DNA of 64,000 nt, taken from positions 112,160,001 to 112,224,000 of the forward strand of contig NC_058373.1 in NCBI RefSeq assembly GCF_018350175.1, read 5' to 3'. The position numbers and the translations under genes were made by a program. Shown one piece after another: positions 48,621 to 61,444 of this stretch. The DNA comes from Felis catus (Eukaryota). Under the pieces are notes generated by a model, which searched no databases, was not told the origin of the DNA, and saw only the letters and a list, made by a program, of their open reading frames with translations. Each line of letters opens with the position of its first letter. Within the stretch, counting starts at the first letter, position 1.

Positions 48621-50536
48621 AGTTTAGAGATTTAGCAGACTTTTCATTCATTTGCTAAGTACCTACAATATACCAGACACTATTCTAAGCCTGGAGATAA
48701 ATAGTAAACAAATCAGACAAAATTCATATACTCACGGAGCTATTTATTTCCTCCTTTTTCCTCCACATTCCCAAGTTTTTATCTAAATAAGCTATGTTTT
48801 TGGATCCACATTATTATCATTTGTAATATCTTTGCTAAATTTCATATGTTAACAGCAATTATTTAAACACTGATACCAAATTTTACTGGTTTCATCTCTT
48901 GCAAAAAGTTCTATGATGCTCTGGCTTCGTCCAATTTGGACTCCTTATTTTGATTTTTTTTTCTTGAATTGCTATAGGACTTCTTCTCAGGAAGAAGCTA
49001 TAGGAGTTTTCTCAGGAAGAGGAATATTTTATGAGTTCTTGAATGTCTGAGAATAGATTTTTCTATTGCCCTCACATATAAACCAAATAAGAAACTCTTG
49101 CATAATAATATTTTCCCTCAAAACTCGACATATGTTATTCCCTGTCTTTCAACAATTAGTATCTTGGAAAAGTAGTATACTGACATTCTTCTTTTCCCTT
49201 TCTAGATAATTTGTTTTGTTTTGTTTGTTGCTTTACCTAACTGCAAGAAGGAACCTGTATTGAGTTCTATCTCAGTGTGGGAGTCTGAACACTAAGTTTG
49301 CCTGATTCTTGGTAGATCCTTTCAGTCTAAAACTCAAATGTTTTCGTATTTTTTTCCTATTATTTCTTTATTGTTACCATTTCTCTAATTGCTCTCTCCT
49401 TTTGGTATTTTTATTATACCTATGTTGGATTTGTTGGATTTATCCCCTGTACATCTTTCCTTTATATGCTTTATGGTTAAATTTGTACATTTTCCTCTGC
49501 ATTCTAGGAGAATTTCTCAACCTGATCATTTAATTCACCAATTTACTTCAGGATTCAATTTTCTCTATGCTCCCTTTATTTAAAATTTAAATTTAAGGAT
49601 TATATTTCTGATCTTATAGCAATATTTTCTAACCTCAGATTGTTCAGTTTTCATAAACAGAGTGTCCTCTCCAATCTTGTACTGAAATATTAAAAGGAAT
49701 TGGTGATTCACCTAAGTCCTTTCTTTTTCTGGTTTCTTGGAATAAGTCCATTCAGAGGAGTCTGATTGCACTGACTGGTCTCCCTTGTTTGAATAATTTG
49801 AATAATTGTTGAATAATTTCTCAGCCCCAGTGGTTTTTCCCTATTTACCCATTCTTGTCACTCTTTGATTGCCTCATGTTCTCTTTTGTCTTGCCTCCAG
49901 ATCTTTGCATGTGATGCAAAATCTCTGAATGAAACTCTCATTCTAGCATAATGTCTGGCACATAGTAAGTGTTCAACAAAAATTTGAATTTAACAAATGA
50001 ATGTCTACATTTTTCCTGTTTGGGGATTTGAAAAATGGCTTATCAGAAACTGTACAGATCTCAAACTATTCAGTTTCAGACAAAGGAGGAAGGGGAAATT
50101 TCCTATTTTTGTAGCTTTATTTTTATAAGATTGGCAGCTAGGTTATACCCAGAAGTTAGAAAAGAGCATATGCAAGAGAATTCATTTGCTTAGTCCATCA
50201 TGCTTAGCACATGCTTTTCTGTGTTTGGTGTGATCCCCAAGTCAGCCCTTTCTCACATCAGCACAGCTTCCTCAGTACAAACCTGGTCTGATGATGCCTC
50301 CACTTTACTTGACATGGAAGATCATAGCAAGGGTGGAGTCAAGCTCCAATTTCCCGAGGTCATTTATAGGGTCCACATGTAACCCACATATTTTTGAGTC
50401 CCTCTTGGTCTGAGCTTGGTGATTATCTGGGATTCTGCTGAGGGAGTCGACTCACTTACTTTCCAGGTGAGTCTTTCTTTTATTGCATCTGGGTCAATAC
50501 TTCCCTAAATCCATTTTTAAAGTTTTCAGTCAAGCT

Positions 50537-50995
50537 CGTATTCGTTTCCTAAGGCTGTCGTAACAAATTGTCACAAACTGGGTGACTTAAAATAATAGAA
50601 GCTTATTCTCTCACAGTTCTGGAGGCTAGAAGTCCAAAATTAAGGTTTTGACAGGGCCATGATCCCTCTGAAGGCTCTAGGGAAGAAGCCTTCCTTGCCT
50701 CCCTCTAGCTTCTGCCAGTTGCCAGAAATCCTTGGCATTCCTTGGCTGGCAACTGTACTGCTCAAGTCTCTGCCTCCATCATTCCATGACCTTCTTTCCT
50801 GCATATTCTGTTCCAAATATCCCTCTTCTTATAAATGCACAATCATTGGATTAGAGCCCACCCTAATCCATTATAACTTCATCTTAGTTTGACCACATCT
50901 AAAAAGACCCTCTTTTCAAATACGGTCTCATTTGTAAGTGCTGAGGGTTAGGGCTGGAACAGATCATTTTGAGGGATACAACTAAACTCCCAACA
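50537..50995 (-). mobile_element. MaLR solo LTR, MLT1C-like
   Basis: TATTCTCTCACAGTTCTGGAGGCTAGAAGTCC...TTGGATTAGAGCCCACCCTAAT. TSD AAGCT/AAGCG. Confidence 0.9.
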
Positions 50996-51689
50996 AAGCG
51001 TTTAAAAACAATTCATAAAATAAGAGCCTCTCATTACCATACAGTAAAGCCTAAAGCTAGTTCTATATAAACAGTATTTTATAGAAATTTCTTAAAATTT
51101 CTGGCCTCAGTATGCTTCATTTTCTGTTTTCTAGCTCTGCTATGAATGTTTTCTAATATTTCTTTGGTCATTTCAAATGGAATTTGGGAGGAAAGGAGAG
51201 TCAGGTGTGCAGATTCAAATCAGTATCTTAAAGTGAAATAATGTGATCTCACAAACTTTATCAACATTCATTTATTGATAACTATTAAGTGAGATTAGTA
51301 ATGAGAACTAGGAAGTATAGCAGTGCCATGGCTTTCAGCTATTAGGGAAATACAGACAAAATGACCAATGACATCAAAACCTCTACTCTGATAGCATCCT
51401 GAGCAACGGCTCAAGGCAAAATCCTTCCCTCAACTAAAGAGTAGTTTTCCTCCAAAGATCATGCTCAGGTGCCTAACTTAGAAATATCTAAGGGTGTTTC
51501 TCAAAAATTTTCTAATGTCAGTAGAAATGGAAAGATAATGCTCAGTGACATTTTCTCATTCTTCTTGCTGAAACAAGAAGGGAAGCCCCGAGGCACAGGT
51601 TGAACTTTGGGAGCACTGCAGAGTGGGCATCATGGATGAGGTAGATGACTGGAGGTGGAGAGAGATGAGGCACCTTCTCTGTGCCCACA

Positions 51690-52370
51690 TCTGACCAGGC
51701 ACTACTGGTAGACTAATTCATTTAATCTTTGCACGAGTCTGGAAGGTGAGTAGTATTAATCCTGTTTTTACAGCTGAAGGACCAGGCTCAAAGGGATTAA
51801 TGTGCCAAGGTCATATAATAGTTAAGTGGCAGAAACAAGGGAAAAGGGATGGGTTGTTAATGTGGAAGTAAATGTTGGGTGGAACAGTGAGGCGGGGATC
51901 ACATACCTTAGACACAGCTTTGAAAGCAGACACACTGCTTCCGGTCTTGCCTCTGCTGAGTACCAATGAACTGAGCAACTTTGAGCAGGTAATTTATCTT
52001 CTCTTAGCCTAAGTCAACTCATACACAAAATGGGAATAATGTCTACCTTGATGGGGTTACACGAGACAAAGTATGTGATACCCGTTTCCAAAGAATATAT
52101 GTTCTCTTCTTCCACTTTTTCCAACTTAGAAAGGAAATGCCCCCAAGGGAATTCTGACTTGTCTAACTTTGTTGTATTAACAGTATGTTTTATTTTCATT
52201 TCAAAATGGTTTCACATGCATTATCCTACTTGATCTTGGTTAGGAAAGTCTAACACCTATTCTACTGCCCTGCCAGGTGAAGAAACAGTCACAGAAACAT
52301 TGAGAAATCCTCCCAAGGTCACAGAGCTCCAGCTGGGCTGGAGATCACCTGACTTCCAGTTACAGCTCTA
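51690..52370. mobile_element. Cluster of three degenerate MIR fragments (-, +, -)
   Basis: MIR core motifs near 51770-51830, 51945-52080 and 52210-52360. Confidence 0.6.
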
Positions 52371-52925
52371 CCTAATGGTGCAGTCCCACAGCATCGCATT
52401 TGCTGAATTACAAAGTGCTGTAGCTGTACATCAAAGCCAAAAGCTATAATAAGGTGCTATAACAGCAATTTCAGGTTGAGTTTCTATTGACCTGTTAGCT
52501 GCCCACCCTGACTGAGGCATCCACTATCTCACCCATTCTGTGTACAATGTGGGGCTTCAATAAAGAGCCAGGTGGGGACCATTCATCAGTGTCATCTGCT
52601 GTATCTGGAGGTCCTTTGGGAGGCAGGAGTGGGGGAGAAGCAGTACTGTCCATAGTCCGAGAGCTGGGTAGCAGGTTCACATAACATTTATATTGCTATG
52701 CCATGGGGACTCAGCCACCTAACTCTACCTTTTAGATAGAGCCTTATCTAGGAAATAGAAATAAAGACCCCTGTCCCTTAACCCTACAAATAGTATGAAA
52801 AATGATTGTAAATTATTATAAATAATATGGAGTAAATACAAGTTATCTGAAAGGCTTGCTATCTATCATTATTTACCTTCCACTTTCAGATTTCTACATC
52901 TCTACATCTACTACATACCTCTACT

Positions 52926-52930
<5 letters not shown>

Positions 52931-52978
<48 letters not shown>
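52931..52978 (+). repeat. (CA)24 microsatellite
   Basis: Perfect repeat, read directly. Confidence 0.98.
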
Positions 52979-52982
<4 letters not shown>

Positions 52983-53964
52983 CTACCTCAGGTTCAAGTT
53001 GCTGGTGTATATTTATTTTGACTTTCACAGAAAACAAGGCAAATGTTAAATCTTTCTCCCCATTGGGATCCAAATCAATAATTTTTGAGAGTCTTAACAC
53101 TAGGAGACAAGATCCAGAGTAATGCTCAGTTAAAATGCTGCACAACCAGCCTCATTTCCATTGCAATATCTTAAGCTCCTGATTGTTAAACCTTCTGTGG
53201 TGGGAATCCTTTGCTTACTATTCCCCTCATGTGCAGTCTGCACGATTAGCTGCTCAAACGTGAGCCATGCCTTATGCCAAGGTGATCTCAGGCTATTGCA
53301 CACATTACGCAGACTTTGCATATAAGTGGAATAAATCTCAATGACCCTAAAATCTTTCCCTCATAATCAGTTTTCTTTCCTATAACTGCATCCCTCTGAG
53401 GACTGTCTGGGGTTTTACTGCAACAAATAAGTTAATGTAGGAGAGGAAACAGATGGGCTTGCTGCATTCTGGGATTTTTATAAAGCAACTCATTTTGGAA
53501 AGTGTAAGTGCGATTTTGCCTACAAATTCCCCAAAGACATGAATAAAGAATGGGATTTTGGATCCCAAAATAACAAGGAAGGACAATAATTATGGTTTCA
53601 ACCCACAAGTGGCCTGAGAACCCAATCAGCAGCACTGAGGTTCCAAATGCTAATTCCAGGATGGTTGCTAACTCACTTCATGATCTTGCACACGTCAGTT
53701 AACAGTTCCACATTGAGTTAGAGTTTTCATTTGCCTCATAGATTTGATATAAGAAATATCCATTCTAAGTGAACATGTTACCTTTTATGAGCCACTAAAG
53801 AGTTGTGTACTGTATCTTAAAGAAAAGTTCAAGGCTCAGTTCAATTTAAAAATAGTGAATTGTCATCAACTGACCACTTCCATGATTCAGGACTATTCGC
53901 GGTGGTATGCTGGGGGGTGAGGTGGGATTAGATAGGAGAGGAGAACTGTCAAAAGTACCAGACC

Positions 53965-54184
53965 GGGGCTCCTGGGTGGCTCAGTTGGTTGAGTGTCCAA
54001 CTTCAGCTCAGGTCATCTCACAGCGTGTGAGTTTAAGCCTGGTGTCGGGCTCTGTGCTGACAGCTCAGAGCCTGAAGCCTGCTTCAGATTCTGTGTCTCC
54101 CTCTCTCTTTGCCCCTGCCCCACTCATGCCATCTCTCTGTCTCTGTCTCACTCTCTCTCAAAAATAAATAAACATTAAGAAAAA
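53965..54184 (+). mobile_element. CAN-SINE
   Basis: GGGGCTCCTGGGTGGCTCAGTTGG head. TSD AAAAGTACCAGAC at 53951-53963 and 54185-54197. Confidence 0.95.
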
Positions 54185-54399
54185 AAAAGTACCAGACAAT
54201 CCCTTCTTTTCTGAGAACTGTGCTGCAATGAGCCTCTTTATGGCTGTACCATGTGACCCCATTCTGCTCCCACACTCTACTGCCCACCTCATCCTGAGCC
54301 ACATTGAACAGAGTAGAAATCTACCCCAAAGGGAACCCATCCCAAAATGGAGATGGGGTAACCAGAAGCTTCTTGTGGAAATTTGAAACTGAAAGGCAA

Positions 54400-54941
54400 T
54401 GGGCTTCACCATACACTGCTGGTAGGAATGTGAAATGATGCGGCCACTGTGGAAAGCAGTATAGAACTTCCTCAAAAAGTTGAAGGTGGAATTTCTGTAG
54501 GACCCAGCAATTCTACTCATTAGGAGAATTGAAAACATGTTTCCACAAAAACTTGTATACAAATGTTTGTAGCAGCAGTATTGATAATAGTCAAAAAGTA
54601 GAAACAACCCAAATGTCCATCAGCAGCATTATGCTAAGTGAAAGAAACCAGATGCAAAAGGCCATATATTATATGATGGCATTTATATGCAATGTCCAGA
54701 ATAGGCGAATCCATAGAGACAGAAAGTAAACTAGTGGTTGGTAGAGAATGGAGAGAGGGGACTAGCTGGGACTAGCTTTGGGACTAGCTCCTAATAGGTA
54801 TGGGGTTTCTTTCTGAAGTGATGGAAATGTTCTGGAATTAGATAGCAGTGATGGTTGTACAACATAAAGAATATACTGAAAACCACTGAAATGTACACTG
54901 TTAAATGATGAATCTTACATTATATGCACTTGTTTAAAAAA
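54400..54941 (+). mobile_element. L1MB-type 3' end
   Basis: CATACACTGCTGGTAGGAATGT...GACCCAGCAATTC...ATGTCCAGAATAGGCGAATCCATAGAGACAGAAAGTA...GTGATGGTTGTACAAC. Confidence 0.9.
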
Positions 54942-56059
54942 TACTTATTCCACTCATCACCCCACCAAGAACTTAGAAGCACTTTCTATGTTTCCTAGGA
55001 TATCACATGAAAATGGAAATACTCTCAAGTATAAAATACCTGATTTTGCCAAAGAAAAAAAAAGTTCATTTTTACTTAGTTGGCACACTTGAAAAACCAT
55101 GAGGCCCAAGCATAGCAGGAACTTAGAGTAACAAACATCTCACCCAATGAACAGAAGGCATGGAGGGCATAGCAAATGCTGTGCTCACCTGACCCCTTAA
55201 TCAGTATCTGAAGGAAGACCCCTCTTCCGAGCAACTGCAAACTACCCCAAGAGCTCCTCTCAAGTTTTCTTCCTCCATCCTGCCTACCCTGAGGGTATCC
55301 TTATTTCCCACTAAAGGCCTAAATGGTAAATGTTGGGGAGGACACTCGGTCAAATATAGTAAAGAAGGTTGGGCCATTCCAAAGCCTTTCTTTTTTTGAA
55401 ATCAGCTACATAAGAATTTAGCTTTTCTCCCAAAGTATAAAATAATGTGATATATGATAGGAGACAGTCTTGGTGAACACCCTTCCTAATAGCATCCATG
55501 AAAATTAACTTTCATTGATTTGCTATTAAAATTCTACATCCATAACTACTTTGTATAATGATTTACTGGGTAAGGCTGATTTTGAGTCATGAGCTGGCAG
55601 GTGCATAGGTACAAATATAGCAGAGAATGCAATCCTTTTAAGGATGCTGGGAGGTGCCTAAACTCAGCATCACTGTTAACCCCAATGCTCCTGAAGATTG
55701 GAATCTCTACATCTTCCAGAGATGCAGCTTATAGAAACTAGTGCTTGCAAAATCAGGATCTTGCCTGTGAGGTCATTGGACCTTGGCCTAAATCTAATCT
55801 GAATAATTACATTTTGTTCCACCCTGAGTCAGGAGAGGCCCCTGATTAATAATCAGCATTTGGTACATGCCAGTGAAGTGTTTGCTGCTATAAATAGGCA
55901 GAGTTAACAATCTAATTAACTATAGGAACTGGCAAGATGAACACTCCATTCAGGGAGAAAGATAGATGACAATATTTTTAAAGTCTGCGAGCGCTGAGCC
56001 ATCCCTGACCCTAATCCATTAGCAGTTACTGTCAAAGGTCACTCTGTTAACCCTCATTT

Positions 56060-56092
<33 letters not shown>

Positions 56093-56220
56093 AAAACCTT
56101 CCAAAAGCTGCCCCCCTGCCTGGAGGCAGGCATTCCAGCAATAAATGTTCTATAATGATATGAAAGAAACTTGAGGCACCTAAAGATAAAATGTGGCTGG
56201 AGAAGCATGTCACTGTCATT

Positions 56221-56275
<55 letters not shown>

Positions 56276-56453
56276 TAGTTTATTTATTTTGAGAGAGAGA
56301 GAGAGAGAGAGAACGCACAAGTGGGGGAGAGAGAGAATCCCAAGCAGGCTCTGAGCCTGATGCAGGGCTTGAATCACGAACCATGAGATCATGACCTGAG
56401 CCGAAACCAAGAGTCAGACACTCAACAAACTGAGCCATTCACCCAGGTGCCCC
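56221..56453 (-). mobile_element. CAN-SINE with an expanded (TTTA)n tail
   Basis: (TTTA)n at ~56221-56275, antisense SINEC body. TSD CTGTCATT. Confidence 0.95.
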
Positions 56454-57275
56454 TGTCATTCCACAACTTCTACCCACTGACAGTCCACAGCCATTGGACT
56501 TGCTGTCCTCAGTGATCAGGCTCCTACCTCTGATGGCCAGGCAGGAACAATTATGCCATTGTCTTCTGCACATTAGTATTTGGCTCTTATAGAATTTCTT
56601 TGAGGCTTTCTTCTACCCGGTTGTAATAAAATCAAATCCAGTGTAGGGTCTCCTGGGAAAAGAGTGTGTTCTATTAAACGATTTATAATCTGAAGTTCAC
56701 AGTCTGATTTCCATCTGGGAGTATCCAAATTTGGTCTACTATTGAATTAAAATGAGCATTTTACTGACAGTAGCATTTCTATCTTTTTTTTCTCTCATAT
56801 TTTATTAATGATGCTGTGCTTCCCTGACTTGTTCTGATCCCCAACAGAGGATACCTGAGCCCTAGAGTACCAAGCCAGCTAAGCTGTGATCTCACTGTTG
56901 AGCCAATCTCTGGAATTTACAGAGGGTCTTAAAGACAGGATCTGGGTTGTTCACACATTATCTAAATGTAGATAGCATCCTAGTAGCCTTAGCCCAAGGC
57001 CTGGGGTCCATCTCCATACTTGACCTTAGATTTTATATTTCTCTCCGTTCTTACTATCAGACCTCTCTACTGGGTGGTGCTTATCTATGGTGCCTCTGCC
57101 TTCACTGCTATGTCAAATGCCGTCAAGGGTGTCCTAATGACAAAATCTCATTTCCATCGTTGTTGAAGCATCTGCTACCACCCAATATCTTTTACATCCC
57201 ATCTTTACATTCTGTCTAATTCTCTCTTTCCTTAGTTCAATTAACATTCTTTTTGGTTTCCTTCAATCTTGGTGA

Positions 57276-57431
57276 TAGGTTTGCCAGATTTAGCAAATAA
57301 AACGATAGGACATCCAGTTAACTTTGATCTCAGATAAATATGCATGGGACATATTTATACTGAAATGTTCTTTGTTGTTTATCTGAAATTCAAATCTAAC
57401 TGAGCATCCTGTATTTTATCTGGCAACTCTA
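57276..57431. mobile_element. MER53 palindromic hAT MITE
   Basis: TIRs TAGGTTTGCCAGAT / ATCTGGCAACTCTA. Perfect 8-bp TSD CTTGGTGA at 57268-57275 and 57432-57439. Confidence 0.93.
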
Positions 57432-58784
57432 CTTGGTGATGATATTTCTCTGCCACTTTCTCTCTGGGCTTTAGTCTTTGTTCTTATTATTTCCTTTATC
57501 TTCACTTACCCTTCTCTGAATTTATCTATTCTATGAGGCTCAACCATCATATCACTTCTGATCACCTCTCTCCTTCCTCTGAACTCCTTAAATATATCCA
57601 GCATCTTAATAAGCTTTCTTGTCACATATATCTCTTCTATTATCTTAAATTATTATTTGAATTTTTCATGTGTTTATTATTTATCTCTGACGCCTGATTT
57701 TAAGTTCTTGGAGGTCAGAATTCTTCTCTGTATCCCAAGGCCTGGAGCATAGCTTCCATGGCTGGGCTGTCAACAAATGTGTAAAATTTCTGGCCCTTGG
57801 CTTCTACTCATCAAATTAATCCTTTTCATTTTTATGTGAGGCTGCCTGGAAATCTTACCACTATGTTTCTTTAGTCTGTTCACTCTCCCACTCTCCTGGG
57901 CTGTCACATCTCTTCATAATTCCAGCTCTTCCCCCTCACTCCTAGCTGATGGCCTTGCTTTTTACAATGCAGAAAAAAGATAAGCATTCAAAGAAAACTT
58001 CCACATGCTCTGCTGTGTAACAAACAACCACTGGTGTGTGTGCCCATATAGCCTTCCTTCCCTCCTGTGACACTGAATCTGTTCTCTGCTCCTTTCCAAA
58101 GCTAACCCCTTCCTTGTTCGGTGCATCTCATCTCCCCCACTGACTCAAAGACATCACCTCAGCAATGCCCCCTTCTCTCCCCTGCATAATCAATCATTAG
58201 CATGCACTAGTATTTTCCCTCTTCATAAGCAAGCAAACAAACAAACCTCTCTCCCTTGACATCAAATTACTCTCCAGCTACCACAATACTCTTCTGCCCC
58301 CTTTCCAGCAAAACTCTTCCAATGGGTCTATATTTTTGTCTCCACTTCCTCTCCCATCATTTTGTCCTGAAACCACTGCAATAAGGATTTGGTTCCACTT
58401 ACACCTAAACTGTTTTGTCAAGGTTACCTATTAATTGCTTCCAAATTATCATATTAAATGAAAGCAACTTAGTTTCACCTAACTCAACCAGGCAGCAGTA
58501 TGTGAATTGAGTTCACTGCTTTAGCAATTGTCCCTCTCTTTTCTGTGTAATTGGTTTTAAAATGTTCTTGAAACAGCACCTTCCCTCAGCTTTCCTATCA
58601 CCCCTCCCTTTTGGTTTTCCTCCCACCTGACTGGCTGGACCTCTTCCCTCAACTCCAGACTCATTTGTGTACACAACATCTCTACTTAGAAGTTTACAAT
58701 GAAACTCAAATTAAAATGTCCAAAACTAAACTGGTTTCCCCACTCTTGCTCCAAAACTGTTTCTCCCACAGAATTCACCATCTT

Positions 58785-59215
58785 TTTTTTTCAGTGTTTA
58801 TTTTTAAAAAATTTTTTTTTAACATTTATTTATTTTTGAGACAGAGAGAGACAGAGCGTGAACGGGGGAGGGTCAGAGAGAGAGGGAGACACAGAATCGG
58901 AAACAAGCTCCAGGCTCTGAGCTGTCAGCACAGAGCCCAATGCGGGGCTTGAACTCACAGACCGCGAGATCATGACCTGAGCTGAAGTCGGACCCTTAAC
59001 AGACTGAGCCACCCAGGCGCCCCTTCAGTGTTTATTTTTAAAAGACAGAGTGAGTGGGGGAAAGGGAAAAAGACAGGGAGACACAGAATTCAAAGTAGGT
59101 TGCAGGCTCTGAGCTGTCAGCACAGAGCCCAATGCAGGGTTCAAACTCATGAACTGTGAGATCATGACCTGAGCCAAAGTCAGATGCTTAACCAACTGAG
59201 CCACCCAGGCACCCC
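58785..59215 (-). mobile_element. Older CAN-SINE (host; its tail carries a second SINE)
   Basis: TSD CAGAATTCACCATCTT at 58769-58784 and 59215-59230. No CpG remains in the body. Confidence 0.93.
58806..59023 (-). mobile_element. Younger SINEC_Fc nested in the tail of the host SINE
   Basis: Own TSD TTCAGTGTTTATTTTT starting at 58790 and 59024. 8 CpGs retained. Confidence 0.95.
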
Positions 59216-59538
59216 AGAATTCACCATCTTAATAATTCTGAAATCCACTCTCATTGGATTTCAGTTTGCTCATATCAAAAAACTTGGAGTCATCCTTGAC
59301 ACATCACTGTCTCCCACATTCCACATCCAATCAACTACAACATCCTGTGATGTCTACCCTCAAAATATTTTCAGATGTGGGCCATTCTCACTACCTCCAT
59401 CTCTTGCCTACAGTATTTCCCTTGGTAAACATTCATCAAAATTTTTGTGTGCATAAATGAATGAATGGAACTGTATATTGTATACTTTAATACATTAACC
59501 TTCTCCCAGCCGCAGTGTTCTAAAAGAACTGCATGTTT

Positions 59539-59777
59539 GGGGCGCCTGAGTGGCGCAGTCTGTTAAGTGTCTAGCTTCAGCTCAGGTCATGATCTACTGG
59601 TTCATGGGTTCAAGCCCCATGTTGGGATCTGTGCTGACAGCTCAGAGCCTGGAGCCTGCTTCAGATTCTGTGTCTCCCTCTCTCTCTGCGCCCCCCCCCC
59701 CCCGCTCATGTGCTGCCTCTTTCTCTGTCAGAAATAAACAAACTTTAAAAATAAAATGAAATGAACTGAAATAAAAG
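59539..59777 (+). mobile_element. CAN-SINE
   Basis: Perfect 17-bp TSD AAAAGAACTGCATGTTT at 59522-59538 and 59778-59794. Confidence 0.96.
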
Positions 59778-60384
59778 AAAAGAACTGCATGTTTAAGTGT
59801 CCAAAAATAAAGGTTTAGTCATTCCTTTATTCATTCAGTGAATATATATTGACCATTCACTACGAACCAAGTGTTTTCCTAAGCACTACCGAGTGCAGCG
59901 TATAGGGTAGAGAACAAAAAACTTTGTCCCTGGTATTTACTTCCTTTGGCAAGTAAACAGCTTCCCTAACTTTTGCATTGATCTGCAACATGAGATCAAA
60001 AACTTATCCACCTTGTAGGGTGATTGGGAAGAACAAATAAGTAATGTTTTTACCTGCTTGTGCTTTGTAAGCATCCTAGTGCTGTGTAAATGGAAATCCT
60101 TACTGATCCTTGTAACAACTTTATGAAGCAGGTAGGGCAGTATTTTTTATAATCATCCTATTTCCTTAATTAAAAAAAAATTATAAAACCTCAGTGATTT
60201 TCTCCCAAATCAGAGCTAGTTAGAAGTGGAGCTAGAGCTGTATCTCAGGTCTTCTGGCCTGTGGTCTAGCTCTATGTTCATAGTACTCTTCCTTCCAGAC
60301 AATTCAATTTATGTTGTGGGGATTAATGGAATTATGTTTACAAAATCCTTCAAAAGTCTTTGGCAAAGGGTCTAGAGAAGTATC

Positions 60385-60824
60385 TGCATTCATTTCCTAG
60401 GGCTGCCGTACCTATCACAAATTCAGTGGCTTTAAACAACAGAAATGTATTCTCTCACAGTTCTGGAGGCTAGAAGACTGAAATCAAGGTGTCAGCAGGC
60501 CATACTTCCTCTGAAGGCTCCAGGGAAGAATCTTGCCACCATGTTTGCCTGCAATCTTAGGCTTTCCTGGGTTCGTAGAAGCATCACTCCAGTCTATCCT
60601 CCATGGTCACATGACTTTCACCCTAACTGTATGTTTGATTCCAAATTCCCTCTTTTCATAAGGACACCAGTCTTTGGATTAGGGCCCACCCTAATTCAGC
60701 AGGATTTCATCATAACTTGATTACATCTGCAAATGTAAGCAATATTACATTTCCAAATAAGGCCACTTACTTACCCTTGTACTAGGGGTCAAGATTTGAA
60801 CATCTTTTGGGGAATACAATTCAA
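60385..60824 (-). mobile_element. MaLR solo LTR, MLT1C-like
   Basis: TTTCCTAGGGCTGCC...TATTCTCTCACAGTTCTGGAGGCTAGAAG...TTGGATTAGGGCCCACCCTAAT. Confidence 0.9.
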
Positions 60825-61444
60825 GGGCCTAGAAACCTCTTTCAAAGAGGAACTTAACATCATTGGAAGGCATGCATGCCCAAAGACAGTCCAGCTGTGC
60901 ATGGATCAGACACACGCCAGCGTTTCTCTTACAACTGACAAACAAACACAAAGAGAATCAACCTAAAGGCATAAAATTATTATCCTGGTGGGAAGGGGTT
61001 TGGCAAAATGCCCTTGTTTTTCTGAGAGGAGGATTGATTCATAAAGTAATCTACCTTAATCAGCATTATATAATCCCACAAAAGGACATACAATGAAAGC
61101 AATGAGGCAAGGAGGGCAGAGCTCAGGGAGAAATCTTGCCCTACATTGTTACACGGTACCATTGCGCAGCTGGCACACCTTTCAGCCTCCTCTGCCTCTA
61201 GCACCTTGCCCAGCAACTAACCCAGTTTAGTCAGACCTTCCAATGTTAAGGGAGGTTCTATATTTAGACAATGTTCCCTGCCTGAGGATGAACTGGACTG
61301 ACTCCGGTGTCACACCTTAACATAGTTCTGTTCCTGCCCTTTGTGTTTTTGGGGGAACAAGCAGCCTTCTCTGACATATAACCTTAGGGTATTTTTAAGG
61401 CTAGAGAGACCCTGGAAGCTCCTTTAATTTAACTCTTTCTTTTC

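Larger units (their letters stand above)
57830..59466 (+). mobile_element. L2 fragment split by nested SINEs
   Basis: CTAGCTGATGGCCTTGCT...CTCAACTCCAGACTC...AAAATGTCCAAAACTAAACT...AAACTTGGAGTCATCCTTGAC...ATAAATGAATGAATG. Confidence 0.85.

Noticed and set aside
58830..59759. Recurrent MAQSVK...SAQVMI ORFs (also at 15041, 53907, 2646)
   Set aside because: These are translations of CAN-SINE bodies.
2696..59777. Repeat strand bias as a clue to host-gene direction
   Set aside because: SINEs are 7 plus and 9 minus, and LTRs and L1s occur in both orientations, so there is no usable bias.
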